From an uncultured Candidatus Saccharibacteria bacterium (GTDB taxonomy: Bacteria; Patescibacteriota; Minisyncoccia; Phycocordibacterales; CAIZLB01), in the NCBI GenBank assembly GCA_964417855.1, contig CAYQJB010000001.1, positions 38,709 through 102,708 on the forward strand: a DNA stretch of 64,000 nucleotides, in the 5' to 3' direction. The translations under genes were made by a program, and so were the position numbers. A model generated the notes under the pieces. The model was not told the origin of the DNA and did no database searches. It worked only from the letters and a program-made list of their open reading frames with translations. The first letter of the stretch is position 1; every line of letters begins with the position of its first letter. Shown piece by piece: positions 38,294-47,904 of the stretch.

Positions 38294-38910
38294 TTAGTTT
38301 CCAGCACAATATGACCGGTCCCAGACATAAGGATCCGTTGGACCCACCAATTCCTTATTTAAATAAGAAATACCCACGTCTATAGGATTGTTTTGTTTAT
38401 CAAGTACATACAAATTAAAATAATATTCGTTAAAGGATCTTTTACCCCCACAATCATAACCCCAACTACTATCCCAAGATAAAGGAGAAAGGTAGCTAAC
38501 ATTAACTGTGCCATAATTTGGGATAGTTTTTAGAATAGATATTAAATCTCCATTATACATTTTTTTTAACTGTAGATCAGCCGTAATATAAGTTGTAAAA
38601 CCTCCGTCACTCCATACTGTATCACCAGGATCAAAATTAACATCACATTCACCATACTGACACAACGAAGAGGATGGGTAGTGACCGTAAGCTGTTCTGT
38701 ACACTTCCAAAGACTTCATGAACTCCTCAAGAGAACTTTTAACCTTGGACATTTGCGCTTTTTGCCTAGCTATATTAACAGAAGCCAACACAATAGATGA
38801 AAGCAAGGCAATAATCGATATAACCACCAAAAGCTCAATTAAAGTGAATCCTGCTTTTTTACTATTACCACCCCCCCCCTTGCTAGTTTTTTGTTTTTGA
38901 AAATATTCAT
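38294..38910 (-). CDS. type IV pilin-like protein whose leader (ATG at 38908-38910) is out of frame with the mature domain because of a G9 tract
   Basis: A G10 tract would give MNIFKNKKLARGGGGNSKKAGFTLIELLVVISIIALLSS... The in-frame portion 38294-38830 lacks an ATG. Confidence 0.55.
38871..38879 (-). repeat. homopolymeric G9 (C9 on plus) tract inside the pilin leader-coding region
   Basis: Read directly. It is the only tract of this kind noticed in an AT-rich window. Confidence 0.9.
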
Positions 38911-38941
38911 TTTACTAGTTTTTCAGGTTTTTTTCTTTTTA

Positions 38942-39622
38942 TTACACAACAAACTCCCCTGTCTCACTATCCATAACAATCGCACCATCCTTCATTGAAA
39001 TAACTCTTTTACCAACATGATCCACCACTCCAGTGTTATGTGTAGTTAGGATGACGGTTGTTCCAAGATCATTGATCTTTTTAAGAATCTGAATAATCTC
39101 ATAGGCGGTCTTTGGATCTAGATTTCCAGTTGGCTCATCGGCAATAATAATGTCTGGTTGATTAACAATAGCTCTTGCGATAGCCACTCTCTGCTTCTCT
39201 CCACCTGAAAGTTGGTGAGGAAAGTTATGCATTTTATTACCAAGATCAACTAACTCTAGAACATGAGGAACATCAGCATGAATCTCTTCCTCATTTCTTC
39301 CTGCGGCTTCCATTGCAAAAGCTACGTTCTCATAGGCAGTTTTGTCGGATAATAATCTAAAATCCTGAAACACAGTTCCAACACGCCTTCTGTATTCATT
39401 CATATCAGACTTTCTTATTCCATGAATATCAATATTTTCAAAGGTTATAATTCCCTCTGTAGGTTTCTCCTCCGCTAAGATCATTTTAAGCAAAGTTGTC
39501 TTTCCAGCACCTGAGTGCCCCACAATTGAAACAAACTCTTTTGGTTTGATTAATAATGAAACATTATCTAACGCAAATGTATTATCAGCGTATTTTTTTG
39601 AGACTTTGTCGAGGAATAACAT
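38942..39622 (-). CDS. ftsE: cell division ATP-binding protein FtsE
   Basis: Walker A GHSGAGKTT, signature LSGGEKQRVAIARA, Walker B IIIADEPTG. Confidence 0.85.
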   Translation of the reverse strand: MLFLDKVSKKYADNTFALDNVSLLIKPKEFVSIVGHSGAGKTTLLKMILAEEKPTEGIITFENIDIHGIRKSDMNEYRRRVGTVFQDFRLLSDKTAYENVAFAMEAAGRNEEEIHADVPHVLELVDLGNKMHNFPHQLSGGEKQRVAIARAIVNQPDIIIADEPTGNLDPKTAYEIIQILKKINDLGTTVILTTHNTGVVDHVGKRVISMKDGAIVMDSETGEFVV

Positions 39623-39664
39623 ATAGAGATATTATAACCCCATATGCGGTTTTTACAAAATGCT

Positions 39665-40567
39665 TTATTCCGCAAAGAACTTTTTCTCTGCCTGTATAAA
39701 ATCGTCCAGATCTCCACTTAAAACATTCTCCACCTTACTAGTCTCCTCCCCAGTCCTATGATCCTTAACCATTTTATATGGATGAAGTACATATGATCTT
39801 ATCTGATTCCCCCACTCGGCATCCGTAGTCTTGCTCACATATAAACCTTTTTCTTTTGCCAGTCTTTCTTCTTCTTGATGTGCATATATTTTGGCCTTCA
39901 ACATTGCAATTCCTTTTTCTCTATTCTGTAACTGCGAACGTTCAGTTGTAACATGCACAGACATTTTTGTTGGCTTATGAACAATCCTAACTGCAGTTTC
40001 CCTTTTATTTACATTCTGTCCCCCAGGACCTCCGGCTCTTGCATAGGAGTATTCCAATTCATCTTCTGGAATTTCAATATCAACTTCCCTTTCAAATTTT
40101 GGTACAACCTCAACCATAGAAAAACTTGTATGTCTTAATTGTTTTGAATTAAACGGAGAAAGTCTAACAAGCCTATGCACTCCTGACTCATGTTTTAAAG
40201 TTCCGTAAGCGTTCTTTCCATCTATGTCAAAAGAGACATTTCTGTATCCTCCGTGATCATTTTTGTGTTCGTGAATCAAGGTCATACTCCAGCCTTTTTT
40301 TGAGATGAACTTCTGATACATTTCAAATAGCATTCTAGAGAAATCTTCTGAATCATCCCCTCCAGCTCCTGAGAAGATTGTAATAATAGCCGAGCCTCCG
40401 TCATAAGGGCTTCCACCAAGACCGCTTGCAAGCTCTGTTTTTAGGTCCTGAAGCTCTTTTATTGTAGCCTGCGCTGTTGTTGAATCATTCCAAAAATCAA
40501 CAGCGTTCATTGCTGATTCTATTTCAATTATTCTAGCTTCTTTTTCTTTTTTGTTTAGATTATTCAT
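39665..40567 (-). CDS. prfB: peptide chain release factor 2
   Basis: SPF tripeptide and GGQ motif (GGPGGQNVNKRET). Confidence 0.85.
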   Translation of the reverse strand: MNNLNKKEKEARIIEIESAMNAVDFWNDSTTAQATIKELQDLKTELASGLGGSPYDGGSAIITIFSGAGGDDSEDFSRMLFEMYQKFISKKGWSMTLIHEHKNDHGGYRNVSFDIDGKNAYGTLKHESGVHRLVRLSPFNSKQLRHTSFSMVEVVPKFEREVDIEIPEDELEYSYARAGGPGGQNVNKRETAVRIVHKPTKMSVHVTTERSQLQNREKGIAMLKAKIYAHQEEERLAKEKGLYVSKTTDAEWGNQIRSYVLHPYKMVKDHRTGEETSKVENVLSGDLDDFIQAEKKFFAE

Positions 40568-40719
40568 GTTTTTAGACCTGATTAAGCATATTTTCCTAAC
40601 ACGATTCGCATTACTCCATCTACTCCGTGACCCTTCCCTTTTATTGGTATTTTAGCATAAATTTGGGTTTTCTTTATCTTTCCCTTGGTAATTCGAAACC
40701 CCGCCAGATAAACAAAAAT

Positions 40720-40747
40720 TTGACAAGCCAAAATTATTTGATAAACT
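40720..40747 (+). promoter_or_regulatory. sigma70-like element TTGACA-N16-TAAACT, antisense to and 35 nt upstream of the mazF stop
   Basis: Same gaTAAACT...AGTAC context as 15188-15203. Confidence 0.35.
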
Positions 40748-40773
40748 AAAAGTACAAATGGGGTATCCCAACC

Positions 40774-40818
40774 GCCCGAGCCTTAAAACCGCTCGGGCTT
40801 AAGGTTTGATTTTATTTT
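40774..40818 (+). terminator. plus-strand hairpin GCCCGAGC-N9-GCTCGGGC followed by a T-rich run, overlapping the mazF stop
   Basis: Read directly. Confidence 0.45.
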
Positions 40819-41202
40819 AATCAGATCTTTTATAGACCTCTGTATCATTGCGAAATCTTTGTCTGACAAATATCCGATATGAGTGTCTAGCCTTTTTGTA
40901 TCCAAAACCCTAAGTTGAGAGATTATAACAGACTGCTCAGTATTTTTCAGTAAGACCTTCACATAATAGATATTGTCTTTATTTTTAGTACTCATTGGTA
41001 TTCCCCAAAAAATGTTATTATTGAATTTTTTGAATACCAAAACAGGCCTTCGAAATATATACCCTTTTCCGTTTTCTTCATCCCCAACATTCTCCCCCAG
41101 TGCGCACCATCGAACCTCACCTTCTTTAATATAGATTCCCTTCCTTTCTTTTTTATCCAAATTAATTTTCACATATATCCAATCAATAAATATTTTTAGC
41201 AT
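40783..41202 (-). CDS. MazF/EndoA (PemK)-family endoribonuclease toxin with approx 25-aa N-terminal extension; no antitoxin gene adjacent
   Basis: EGEVRWCALGENVGDEENGKG..RRPVLV and SVIISQLRVLDTKRLDTHIGYLSDKDFAMIQRSI align with B. subtilis EndoA ([25 protein letters not shown] / [32 protein letters not shown]). Confidence 0.7.
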   Translation of the reverse strand: MLKIFIDWIYVKINLDKKERKGIYIKEGEVRWCALGENVGDEENGKGYIFRRPVLVFKKFNNNIFWGIPMSTKNKDNIYYVKVLLKNTEQSVIISQLRVLDTKRLDTHIGYLSDKDFAMIQRSIKDLIKIKSNLKPERF

Positions 41203-41214
41203 TTAGAAATGTTA

Positions 41215-41238
41215 TCAAAATGCAAGTGTGATTTTCAT
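41215..41238 (-). CDS. mini-ORF MKITLAF, 12 nt upstream of the mazF ATG
   Basis: Hand translation. Lies within conserved leader motif copy 3 (41231-41264). Confidence 0.25.
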   Translation of the reverse strand: MKITLAF

Positions 41239-41286
41239 TAACAAATTATAAAGAAATTCCAAATTTTTTATAAACATACGTGAAAT

Positions 41287-41363
41287 TGGAGCCAATGGAC
41301 GGGATCGAACCGTCGGCCTGCACGTTACGAATGTGCCGCTCTACCAACTGAGCTACATCGGCT
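41287..41363 (-). tRNA. tRNA-Thr (anticodon CGU), CCA encoded
   Basis: Cloverleaf: GCCGATG/CATTGGC acceptor, GCTC-AGTTGGTA-GAGC D-arm, TTCGTAA anticodon loop, GACGG-TTCGATC-CCGTC T-arm. Confidence 0.85.
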
Positions 41364-41427
41364 TAAATAAGTCACTCACTATCTCACTTTTCCACACAGC
41401 ATATTAACACTCACATACAATACTACT

Positions 41428-42288
41428 CTATCCCTTTTTTACCAGTTTTGAAAACAGGTCCATTATTACCTTAGTATTTTTGCCGACAACTCCATCACCA
41501 ACCTTATCTTTATCAACCATAACAATTGGAACGATATCTTTATAAGAGGAGGTTAGAAAAATTTCATCTGCCTTCTTCATCTCTTCTATTGTGACGTCTC
41601 TTTCCTCAATCTTAAAATGCTTTTTTGCAATATCAAGCACGGCCATTCTGGTTATACCGAATAGAACATTATCTTTTGGAGTAACAAGTGTATCACCGAA
41701 GAACATAAAAATATTACTTGTTGAACACTCAAGAATTTTTCCCTTATCGGTGAATAGTATCTCTATTGCTTTTTCTTTCTTACGCTTAACCTGTAAACTA
41801 ACTGTGGTTATGTAATGAGTACTTTTTACATCAGGCATAAAACGTTGATGTTCTTCTACAATAATCTTTCCACCTTTTATATATAAGTCTTCAGGAAGTG
41901 GAGTCCATTTTTCTGCTATTACAAAAAAAGTAGGTGTGTTTACATTGAATTCTATTCCCCTAATTGCGTCACCCCCTGTTAAAATCATTTTTAAATTAGT
42001 TCTTTCAAACCCATTCTTTTTTATAAGCGTCTTTAGAATTTGCTCTATCTCAACATCTGTAGATGGTATTTGTAGTCCGAGTTTTTTTGCAGATCTTTTA
42101 AATCTAGCCAAATGTTGTTTAAGGTAAAAAGGTTTATCGCCGTAAGCTGTAATTCCTTCATATATTGCATACCCTCTCAAAAGTCCAATATCGTAACAAC
42201 TCACGTAAAGTTTATCAGCTCTCTCTATCTTTCCATTTATATAGCAATAAGGCTTAATGCTTGGCTTACCCGTTTTTTCTGATGTCAT
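41428..42288 (-). CDS. class IV PLP-dependent aminotransferase (branched-chain or D-amino-acid aminotransferase)
   Basis: Fold-type IV pattern, approx 286 aa with an EILFTDKGKILE region. Catalytic Lys not pinpointed. Confidence 0.6.
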   Translation of the reverse strand: MTSEKTGKPSIKPYCYINGKIERADKLYVSCYDIGLLRGYAIYEGITAYGDKPFYLKQHLARFKRSAKKLGLQIPSTDVEIEQILKTLIKKNGFERTNLKMILTGGDAIRGIEFNVNTPTFFVIAEKWTPLPEDLYIKGGKIIVEEHQRFMPDVKSTHYITTVSLQVKRKKEKAIEILFTDKGKILECSTSNIFMFFGDTLVTPKDNVLFGITRMAVLDIAKKHFKIEERDVTIEEMKKADEIFLTSSYKDIVPIVMVDKDKVGDGVVGKNTKVIMDLFSKLVKKG

Positions 42289-42382
42289 AAGTTAAATATA
42301 CCAAATATGGTCTAGGGTTACAAACTATATACGAGTTCTTAGATACATTTAACATAACAGGACACAGGTTCAATACTAATTG

Positions 42383-42454
42383 AGCCGACAGTGAGAATCG
42401 AACTCACGATCTCTTCCTTACCAAGGAAGTGCTTTACCACTAAGCTATAACGGC
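42383..42454 (-). tRNA. tRNA-Thr (anticodon GGU), CCA not encoded
   Basis: Cloverleaf: CTTCC-TTGGTAA-GGAAG anticodon arm, GTGAG-TTCGATT-CTCAC T-arm, one U-U mismatch in acceptor stem. Confidence 0.7.
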
Positions 42455-42505
42455 TTTGATACCAAATGAGTAACAACCAGAACCCCGATGGACTCTGACT
42501 ATACC

Positions 42506-43219
42506 CTACTCATCAATCTCCTGCTCCTCTTCAGTCTCAATATGATGATTACTTGGAATAATATCATCATCGTCAGAAAATGCACGGTCGAGCCATGCGT
42601 GCATGATATTCGAGCTTGCTGGCACAAGATTGAATAGAATTGCTAAAATAAAGAGTACTTTGGCCACCAGGGGACTCCAGAAACAGACGATGATTGCAAG
42701 AATAGCTGTTGCAACAGGAAACAGAATTCTAATATAACCACTTCTTCTATCGATTTTTGTTATATCAACAGTGTCGATTTCCGGATCCTTTTCAATATGC
42801 CTCCTCATTAAATATAAGCTCAATCCTATCAAAATAACATTTATCGCATAAACAATTACAGCTATTTTACTATCTGGATATCTTCCAAGTAAGGTTGTTG
42901 AAAAAGGGACTAGGATAATTAATAGGAAAAATAATGCGTTATAACATGCAAGGTATACGGTTAGAGTTTTGGCGTAAACAGAAGATATATAGTGGTGAGC
43001 ACGCCAGTATGTAAACAAAAGAGAGAATGACATTATGAAACTTAGAAAGATTGGAAGTAATTCTTTTAGAGAAGTAAGCAGAAGTTGTTCAGATGCTCCA
43101 TCTGCTAAAATTGGGACCTTAATTTCAAAAGCCAGAAGCGTCATAACAATTGCAAATATACCATCTGCAAGCCCATCTAATCTCTGACGTCGCATATGAA
43201 TTGGTCTCTTTGTAATCAT
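42506..43219 (-). CDS. DUF1211/TMEM175-like membrane protein
   Basis: RLDGLADGIFAIVMTLLAFEI N-terminal signature plus approx 6 TM helices. Confidence 0.5.
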   Translation of the reverse strand: MITKRPIHMRRQRLDGLADGIFAIVMTLLAFEIKVPILADGASEQLLLTSLKELLPIFLSFIMSFSLLFTYWRAHHYISSVYAKTLTVYLACYNALFFLLIILVPFSTTLLGRYPDSKIAVIVYAINVILIGLSLYLMRRHIEKDPEIDTVDITKIDRRSGYIRILFPVATAILAIIVCFWSPLVAKVLFILAILFNLVPASSNIMHAWLDRAFSDDDDIIPSNHHIETEEEQEIDE

Positions 43220-43241
43220 GTAATTATTTTAGCATGACTTT

Positions 43242-43269
43242 GGGGTCAGGCACCAGCGTGCCTGACCCC
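43242..43269. repeat. 28-bp palindrome copy 2 (GGGGTCAGGCACCAGCGTGCCTGACCCC)
   Basis: Read directly. Confidence 0.9.
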
Positions 43270-43343
43270 AAATTAAAAATAGCGCAGCCCAATTCTAGGT
43301 CACACTATTTTTATGAAGCAAATAATTTGTTCAACCCTTCCCC

Positions 43344-44090
43344 CTAGTCTCTTTGTCTCTCCATGTAAACAGATATTGTTCTTCTTTTGTAAGCTTTACC
43401 GTCTCTTATATGTTTATAAGATTTAATCATCTTATGAATTTTAAAATATGGTGAAAACAATTCTATAATTTCATCATCTGTCCAGACGTGCTCATAAACA
43501 TCAATTCTAGGATGTATATATGAATTCAACTCCCCCGCTGGATTTTCCTTAATCAATCTTATTGCATGAGCGTCGGCGTCAAGCACAAATGTTTTTAGAA
43601 ACGCCCAACCATACGGCTTAACAACTCTTGCAATTTCTTTAACATAATTTTTACGCTCTTCATCTCTAAGAAAATGACTTGTCATCATGTCTAGGAACAT
43701 ATCAACAGTTCCGTCCTCTGTAGGTATTGGATCTGATAGGTCCTGAACATAAAATAGAATTCTTTCTGCTTTAGGGATTTTTGCATCTGGATTCACTTTT
43801 GTAACACCCTTCTCTTTTGCCATATCCTTTGCTTGTGAAATAGCAGTTCCAGAAATATCTATTCCAATACCCCTCATGTTATATTCAGCACAAAGTGGGA
43901 CGAGATTTCTACCATTTCCGCACCCCGCATCAACAATTAATCCATTCTTTGGAAAAGGAGGCCACTCTGAGTTTCTGGTCACCCATTTTTCAAAAGTAAT
44001 TAAATCAGAAGAAGGCTCAGTGGACATTGCTAAATGCTCCCCTGTTTTATATTCCTTATTCCAAAACGCTGCTGAATTTTTTTTAGTCAT
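43344..44090 (-). CDS. class I SAM-dependent methyltransferase, flanked on both sides by the 28-bp palindrome
   Basis: LIVDAGCGNGRN motif I. Confidence 0.65.
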   Translation of the reverse strand: MTKKNSAAFWNKEYKTGEHLAMSTEPSSDLITFEKWVTRNSEWPPFPKNGLIVDAGCGNGRNLVPLCAEYNMRGIGIDISGTAISQAKDMAKEKGVTKVNPDAKIPKAERILFYVQDLSDPIPTEDGTVDMFLDMMTSHFLRDEERKNYVKEIARVVKPYGWAFLKTFVLDADAHAIRLIKENPAGELNSYIHPRIDVYEHVWTDDEIIELFSPYFKIHKMIKSYKHIRDGKAYKRRTISVYMERQRD

Positions 44091-44110
44091 GATATTTGTT
44101 TGTTTGATTT

Positions 44111-44138
44111 GGGGTCAGGCACCACGGTGCCTGACCCC
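44111..44138. repeat. 28-bp palindrome copy 3, extended to TTTGATTTGGGG...CCCCAAATCAAA
   Basis: Read directly. Confidence 0.9.
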
Positions 44139-44146
44139 AAATCAAA

Positions 44147-45667
44147 CTATGAGAACAAAGCATAGATTGTAGCCAAAGCTGTAACACCCATAAACACTAC
44201 CGTAACCCACCCAACAACATTAGTCAATTTTTTATTTCTATTTTCACCCATCACATCCTTTCTAGAGCTTAATCTAACGATAAAATACAATATTACAGGG
44301 GCAACAATACCATTAAGAACGGCAGAGTAGATTAATGCCTTTATAGGGTCTAAACCAATAAAGTTAAGCCCAATACCCACTATTACAGCAAGTGATATAA
44401 CTCCATAAAAAGCCCTAGCCTCTTTTAGCTTCCTATTCAAACCAAACTTCCATCCAAAACTCTCAGATACAGCATATGCTGCTGAGCCTGCAAGAACTGG
44501 CACAGCAAGTAGTCCAACACCAATGATACCTATCGTAAACAGCAAATAAGCAAAATCTCCAGCAAAAGGACGAAGTGCAGCAGCAGCATCAGCAGCAGTG
44601 CCAATATTCGTTACACCATGTGAAAATAGAGTTGCAGAACAAACTGCGATAATAAAAAACATCGCAGCATTTGAAATAAACATTCCCATCCAAATATCTA
44701 CTCTCATTTTTTTAATATCCTCTGGAGTAGAAATTGTCATCAATGGTTCCGTCACAACTGATACAAAAGAAGGGTCAGTTAAAGGAACGGTCTCTAAGGT
44801 TTGAACATTCTGATTATTTTGTAAATCTAAAATTCTTTGAGCAAGTTGTTTTTCTTCTATCTCCTGAGAAGTCTGCCAGAAGAATAGATATGGAGAAATT
44901 GTTGTTCCTAATATTCCACAAACCAAAAGTATTTGATCTTTTGTAAAATCAAAATGTGGAACAACAGTATAATATAATACCGCTGACCAATCTATTTGAA
45001 CAAAGAATGCCGTAATAACATATGAAAGTAGCACAAGCGCTAAATATTTTAAATACCTAGCATACTTTCCATAGCTCATAAATATTTGCATCAATAGACC
45101 ACTCACACCAAAGAAAATAACAGTTGGACCAAAAGGAAAATAAGGAAAAATTAATTGAAGCGCCTTAGTCATTGCACCAAAGTCTGCACCAATATTGAAA
45201 ATATTTGCAGCAAGCAATAGAAATGTACAAATATAAATAGCAGTTCTTGAATGATACTGTCTTATGTTTGCAGCAAGGCCTTGCCCTGTAATCATACCAA
45301 TTCTAGCGCACATCTCTTGAACTGTTGCCATTAAAGGAAAGGTAAAAAGAGAAAGCCAAATTAATTTGAAACTATACTGAGCGCCGGTTTGAGAATATGT
45401 AGCAATTCCTGATGGATCATCATCAGAAGCACCCGTAGTTAGTCCTGGGCCAAGCATACGCCAAAAGTTTTTTGCTTTCTTTTCAACCACAACAGCTTCA
45501 TGGCCTGCAGCTCTTACCCCCTCTCCTGCTACATGAATAGTTTTTCCAATTACATGACCAGTTGCATGTAAGGCATCTTTCATTCTATGTACATCATTTT
45601 GTTCATCATTATTCACAACAATATTATACACTATTAGATATTTTTTGAACAAGCAGTTATAATACAT
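44147..45667 (-). CDS. mntH: NRAMP-family divalent metal (Mn2+/Fe2+) transporter with long N-terminal extension
   Basis: GPGLTTGASDDDPSGIATYSQTGAQYSFKLIWLSL...QEMCARIGMITG matches the NRAMP consensus. Confidence 0.75.
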   Translation of the reverse strand: MYYNCLFKKYLIVYNIVVNNDEQNDVHRMKDALHATGHVIGKTIHVAGEGVRAAGHEAVVVEKKAKNFWRMLGPGLTTGASDDDPSGIATYSQTGAQYSFKLIWLSLFTFPLMATVQEMCARIGMITGQGLAANIRQYHSRTAIYICTFLLLAANIFNIGADFGAMTKALQLIFPYFPFGPTVIFFGVSGLLMQIFMSYGKYARYLKYLALVLLSYVITAFFVQIDWSAVLYYTVVPHFDFTKDQILLVCGILGTTISPYLFFWQTSQEIEEKQLAQRILDLQNNQNVQTLETVPLTDPSFVSVVTEPLMTISTPEDIKKMRVDIWMGMFISNAAMFFIIAVCSATLFSHGVTNIGTAADAAAALRPFAGDFAYLLFTIGIIGVGLLAVPVLAGSAAYAVSESFGWKFGLNRKLKEARAFYGVISLAVIVGIGLNFIGLDPIKALIYSAVLNGIVAPVILYFIVRLSSRKDVMGENRNKKLTNVVGWVTVVFMGVTALATIYALFS

Positions 45668-45766
45668 ATGTAGCCTAAAATGAAATTTTTCTGAATATTA
45701 GACGTAATAATCATTATGAAGGCTAAAGGTGACAGCTTTCTGTTTTAACTAAACATAAATATAAAT

Positions 45767-46660
45767 ATGAATATAAAAAAAATATCATTAGTAACGTCTA
45801 GCCTTGCATTAGTTGCAAGTATGATGATAGCCTCTTCATCTTCTGCAGACAGCATTACTAATACTAGACCCCAAGGAATGACGGGTCGAGGCGTGGCGCC
45901 TTATGGCGTAAACAAAAACGCAGTAAGACCTGTAGCTATGGGGGCAGTTACATCCATTAATGGATCAACAATTACAATCGCAGGACGTCAGGTATCATTT
46001 AGTGAAAGAAGTAGCTCATCAACTCCATCGTCAGCAGTAGTAACCTATACTGTTGATGCAACAAACGCTGTTGTAACTAAAGGAAACGCTTCAAGCACAG
46101 TTTCAAGTATTGTAGTTGGAGATAACATTGTTGTTATGGGTACCGTAAGTGGAACAAACATTGTTGCCACAACAATTTTTAATAGTGTAAGAGGTCCGGC
46201 AAATGGACAAGGTAAAGAGCTGCAAAACAGCGGTCAAGATAGTAGACAAAACGGTGGACAAAAAACTGGAAATAGAAATCCAAGAAACGGAACCTCAACG
46301 CAACCAGGAATTATTGGTAATGGGCAGCCGGTTGTGGCGGGAAAAATTGTCACTATAAATTCAAACTCTATCACAATTACAACCTCTGGTAATCTTACAT
46401 ATACAATCGATGTAGCAAACGCAAAAATTACACTAGGGCAGGCCATCAGTGATATATCAAAACTAACTATTGGAGATATGGTTGTTGTTCAGGGTACAAT
46501 AAACGGATCATCTGTTACAGCTTCAACAATAATGGATAGAGGAAATTCTAATGGGCCATCCGGAACAGCAACAGGCTCTGCAAACACAAATCCTACTAAT
46601 GGTGTAAAGGGATTTTTTGGTGGAGTAGGACAATTCTTCATGCACATGTTTGGATTCTAA
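45767..46660 (+). CDS. secreted protein with two internal repeats and Gly/Asn/Gln-rich linker
   Basis: Signal peptide. Repeated ITI..G..TYT(V/I)D..NA..T.G modules. Confidence 0.45.
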   Translation: MNIKKISLVTSSLALVASMMIASSSSADSITNTRPQGMTGRGVAPYGVNKNAVRPVAMGAVTSINGSTITIAGRQVSFSERSSSSTPSSAVVTYTVDATNAVVTKGNASSTVSSIVVGDNIVVMGTVSGTNIVATTIFNSVRGPANGQGKELQNSGQDSRQNGGQKTGNRNPRNGTSTQPGIIGNGQPVVAGKIVTINSNSITITTSGNLTYTIDVANAKITLGQAISDISKLTIGDMVVVQGTINGSSVTASTIMDRGNSNGPSGTATGSANTNPTNGVKGFFGGVGQFFMHMFGF

Positions 46661-46682
46661 TCTAAATTTTTATCGATTAAAT

Positions 46683-46714
46683 AAAAAAGGACCGCATTCT
46701 GCGGTCCTTTTTTT
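46683..46714. terminator. bidirectional terminator AAAAAAGGACCGCATTCTGCGGTCCTTTTTTT
   Basis: Read directly, between convergent genes. Confidence 0.75.
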
Positions 46715-47345
46715 AATTCTTATTCCTATTTACCCACCAAGCATCATCCTTATCACCAAACCACCAATGATCAGATTCTATATTTAATATTTTCTCTGCC
46801 AAGTCTTTTGCTTCATCCGTCTTTAGTCTACTTATTGTAGATTTAACCCAAGTCCTTGCTCTCTCATTACCAATATCAATTTGCTCTTTTAGTGAAATTA
46901 AAAATTCTAGATTATCTGCATCTTTTGCAAGCTGTGATTCATATGTAGTTCTTTCATGATATTCATGCAACAACTCCCCTATTTTATTTCCAAACGGCAA
47001 TGAATCAACCAAATCTTTTTCAGCCTTCTCCTCTAGTCTTTCTGTATATTTTTGATGAACATAATTTAAATCAGAAATTCTAGATTCTGTTATGTCGTGG
47101 AATTGACACATTTGAACGATTCTTCCAACATCAACTTTTCCATTTATGTGACCTAGGCAAAATCCAATATAAACAACTCTGTTAATATGTTCAGCAACAC
47201 TTTGTTGTCCGCTGCCCAAAAACGCAGACCAACTACGAGGTGTTTTTGCTAAGATTCCAACTTCATATAAGAAGTCTACTACGGGGTCCACTGAATTCTC
47301 TGGAATGTTAGTTATGATGTTTTTCATATAATTAGATACTAGCAT
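46713..47345 (-). CDS. HD-domain phosphohydrolase (YfbR-like 5'-nucleotidase family)
   Basis: H..R...HD..E HD-domain motif. Confidence 0.6.
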   Translation of the reverse strand: MLVSNYMKNIITNIPENSVDPVVDFLYEVGILAKTPRSWSAFLGSGQQSVAEHINRVVYIGFCLGHINGKVDVGRIVQMCQFHDITESRISDLNYVHQKYTERLEEKAEKDLVDSLPFGNKIGELLHEYHERTTYESQLAKDADNLEFLISLKEQIDIGNERARTWVKSTISRLKTDEAKDLAEKILNIESDHWWFGDKDDAWWVNRNKN

Positions 47346-47436
47346 ATCTGAGCCAAATTTGTGTACTGCTCCAAATTTTTAACTTCTATATTACGCTCCT
47401 AACACAGCCCTCATGTTCCAGAATTTTAGCAGAAAT

Positions 47437-47480
47437 AAAAAACCTCTGGGTCACATATAATGTGCCCCAGAGGGTGTTTG
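47437..47480 (-). terminator. terminator CCTCTGGG-N15-CCCAGAGG plus a T-run on the minus strand
   Basis: Read directly, downstream of 47511-47810. Confidence 0.6.
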
Positions 47481-47510
47481 AGAATAGAATCATATTGTAA
47501 TGATTGGTAA

Positions 47511-47810
47511 TCACCAGCCAAACGGGTTAGCGTATGGATTGTAGTATGGTTCCACGTAGTGTCCACGGTAGTAGCCACGGCGGCCATAGCCACCGTACGG
47601 AACAGTCGGACGGTTCATGGAATTGTTGAGGACAGCACCCCCTACCGCAGCAGCAGCAACACCCAATGCGGCCATTCCGACAGCATTGCCCATCTTGGCA
47701 TTAGCTTCAGTTTGGCGAGCGCGCTGTTCGGGAGTACCACTTGGCATGGCGCAGTTTGTGAAAACAAGCGACACCATCGTAACGACAACAGTCAACAGTT
47801 TAGTTTTCAT
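47511..47810 (-). CDS. lipoprotein with Gly-zipper and Gly/Tyr/Arg-rich tail; GC-rich gene
   Basis: Signal peptide plus lipobox FTNC. Approx 50% GC. Promoter TTGACA-N17-TAGCAT duplicated upstream of the next gene. Confidence 0.5.
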   Translation of the reverse strand: MKTKLLTVVVTMVSLVFTNCAMPSGTPEQRARQTEANAKMGNAVGMAALGVAAAAVGGAVLNNSMNRPTVPYGGYGRRGYYRGHYVEPYYNPYANPFGW

Positions 47811-47904
47811 TTGTTCTGATTCTGGTTTTGGTTTTCTGACATCAGGAAAGGAGTATTCCTCCGGTCCTCACTAATGCTATTCCTATCATATTTTTTGTCA
47901 ATGA

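Noticed and set aside
39665-40782. Looked for the programmed +1 frameshift (CTT TGA C) and an upstream short ORF in prfB (RF2)
   Set aside because: The minus-strand sequence upstream of the annotated ATG (40567) contains stops in all frames and no CTTTGA. The protein begins just downstream of where the frameshift site would align, so this RF2 appears to be expressed without frameshifting.
45668-45766. Mn-sensing (yybP-ykoY-type) riboswitch upstream of the NRAMP transporter
   Set aside because: Only approx 100 nt of non-coding DNA is shared with the divergent gene, and no recognisable conserved riboswitch core was seen. A long N-terminal extension in the ORF could hide a leader, but this cannot be judged without a covariance model.
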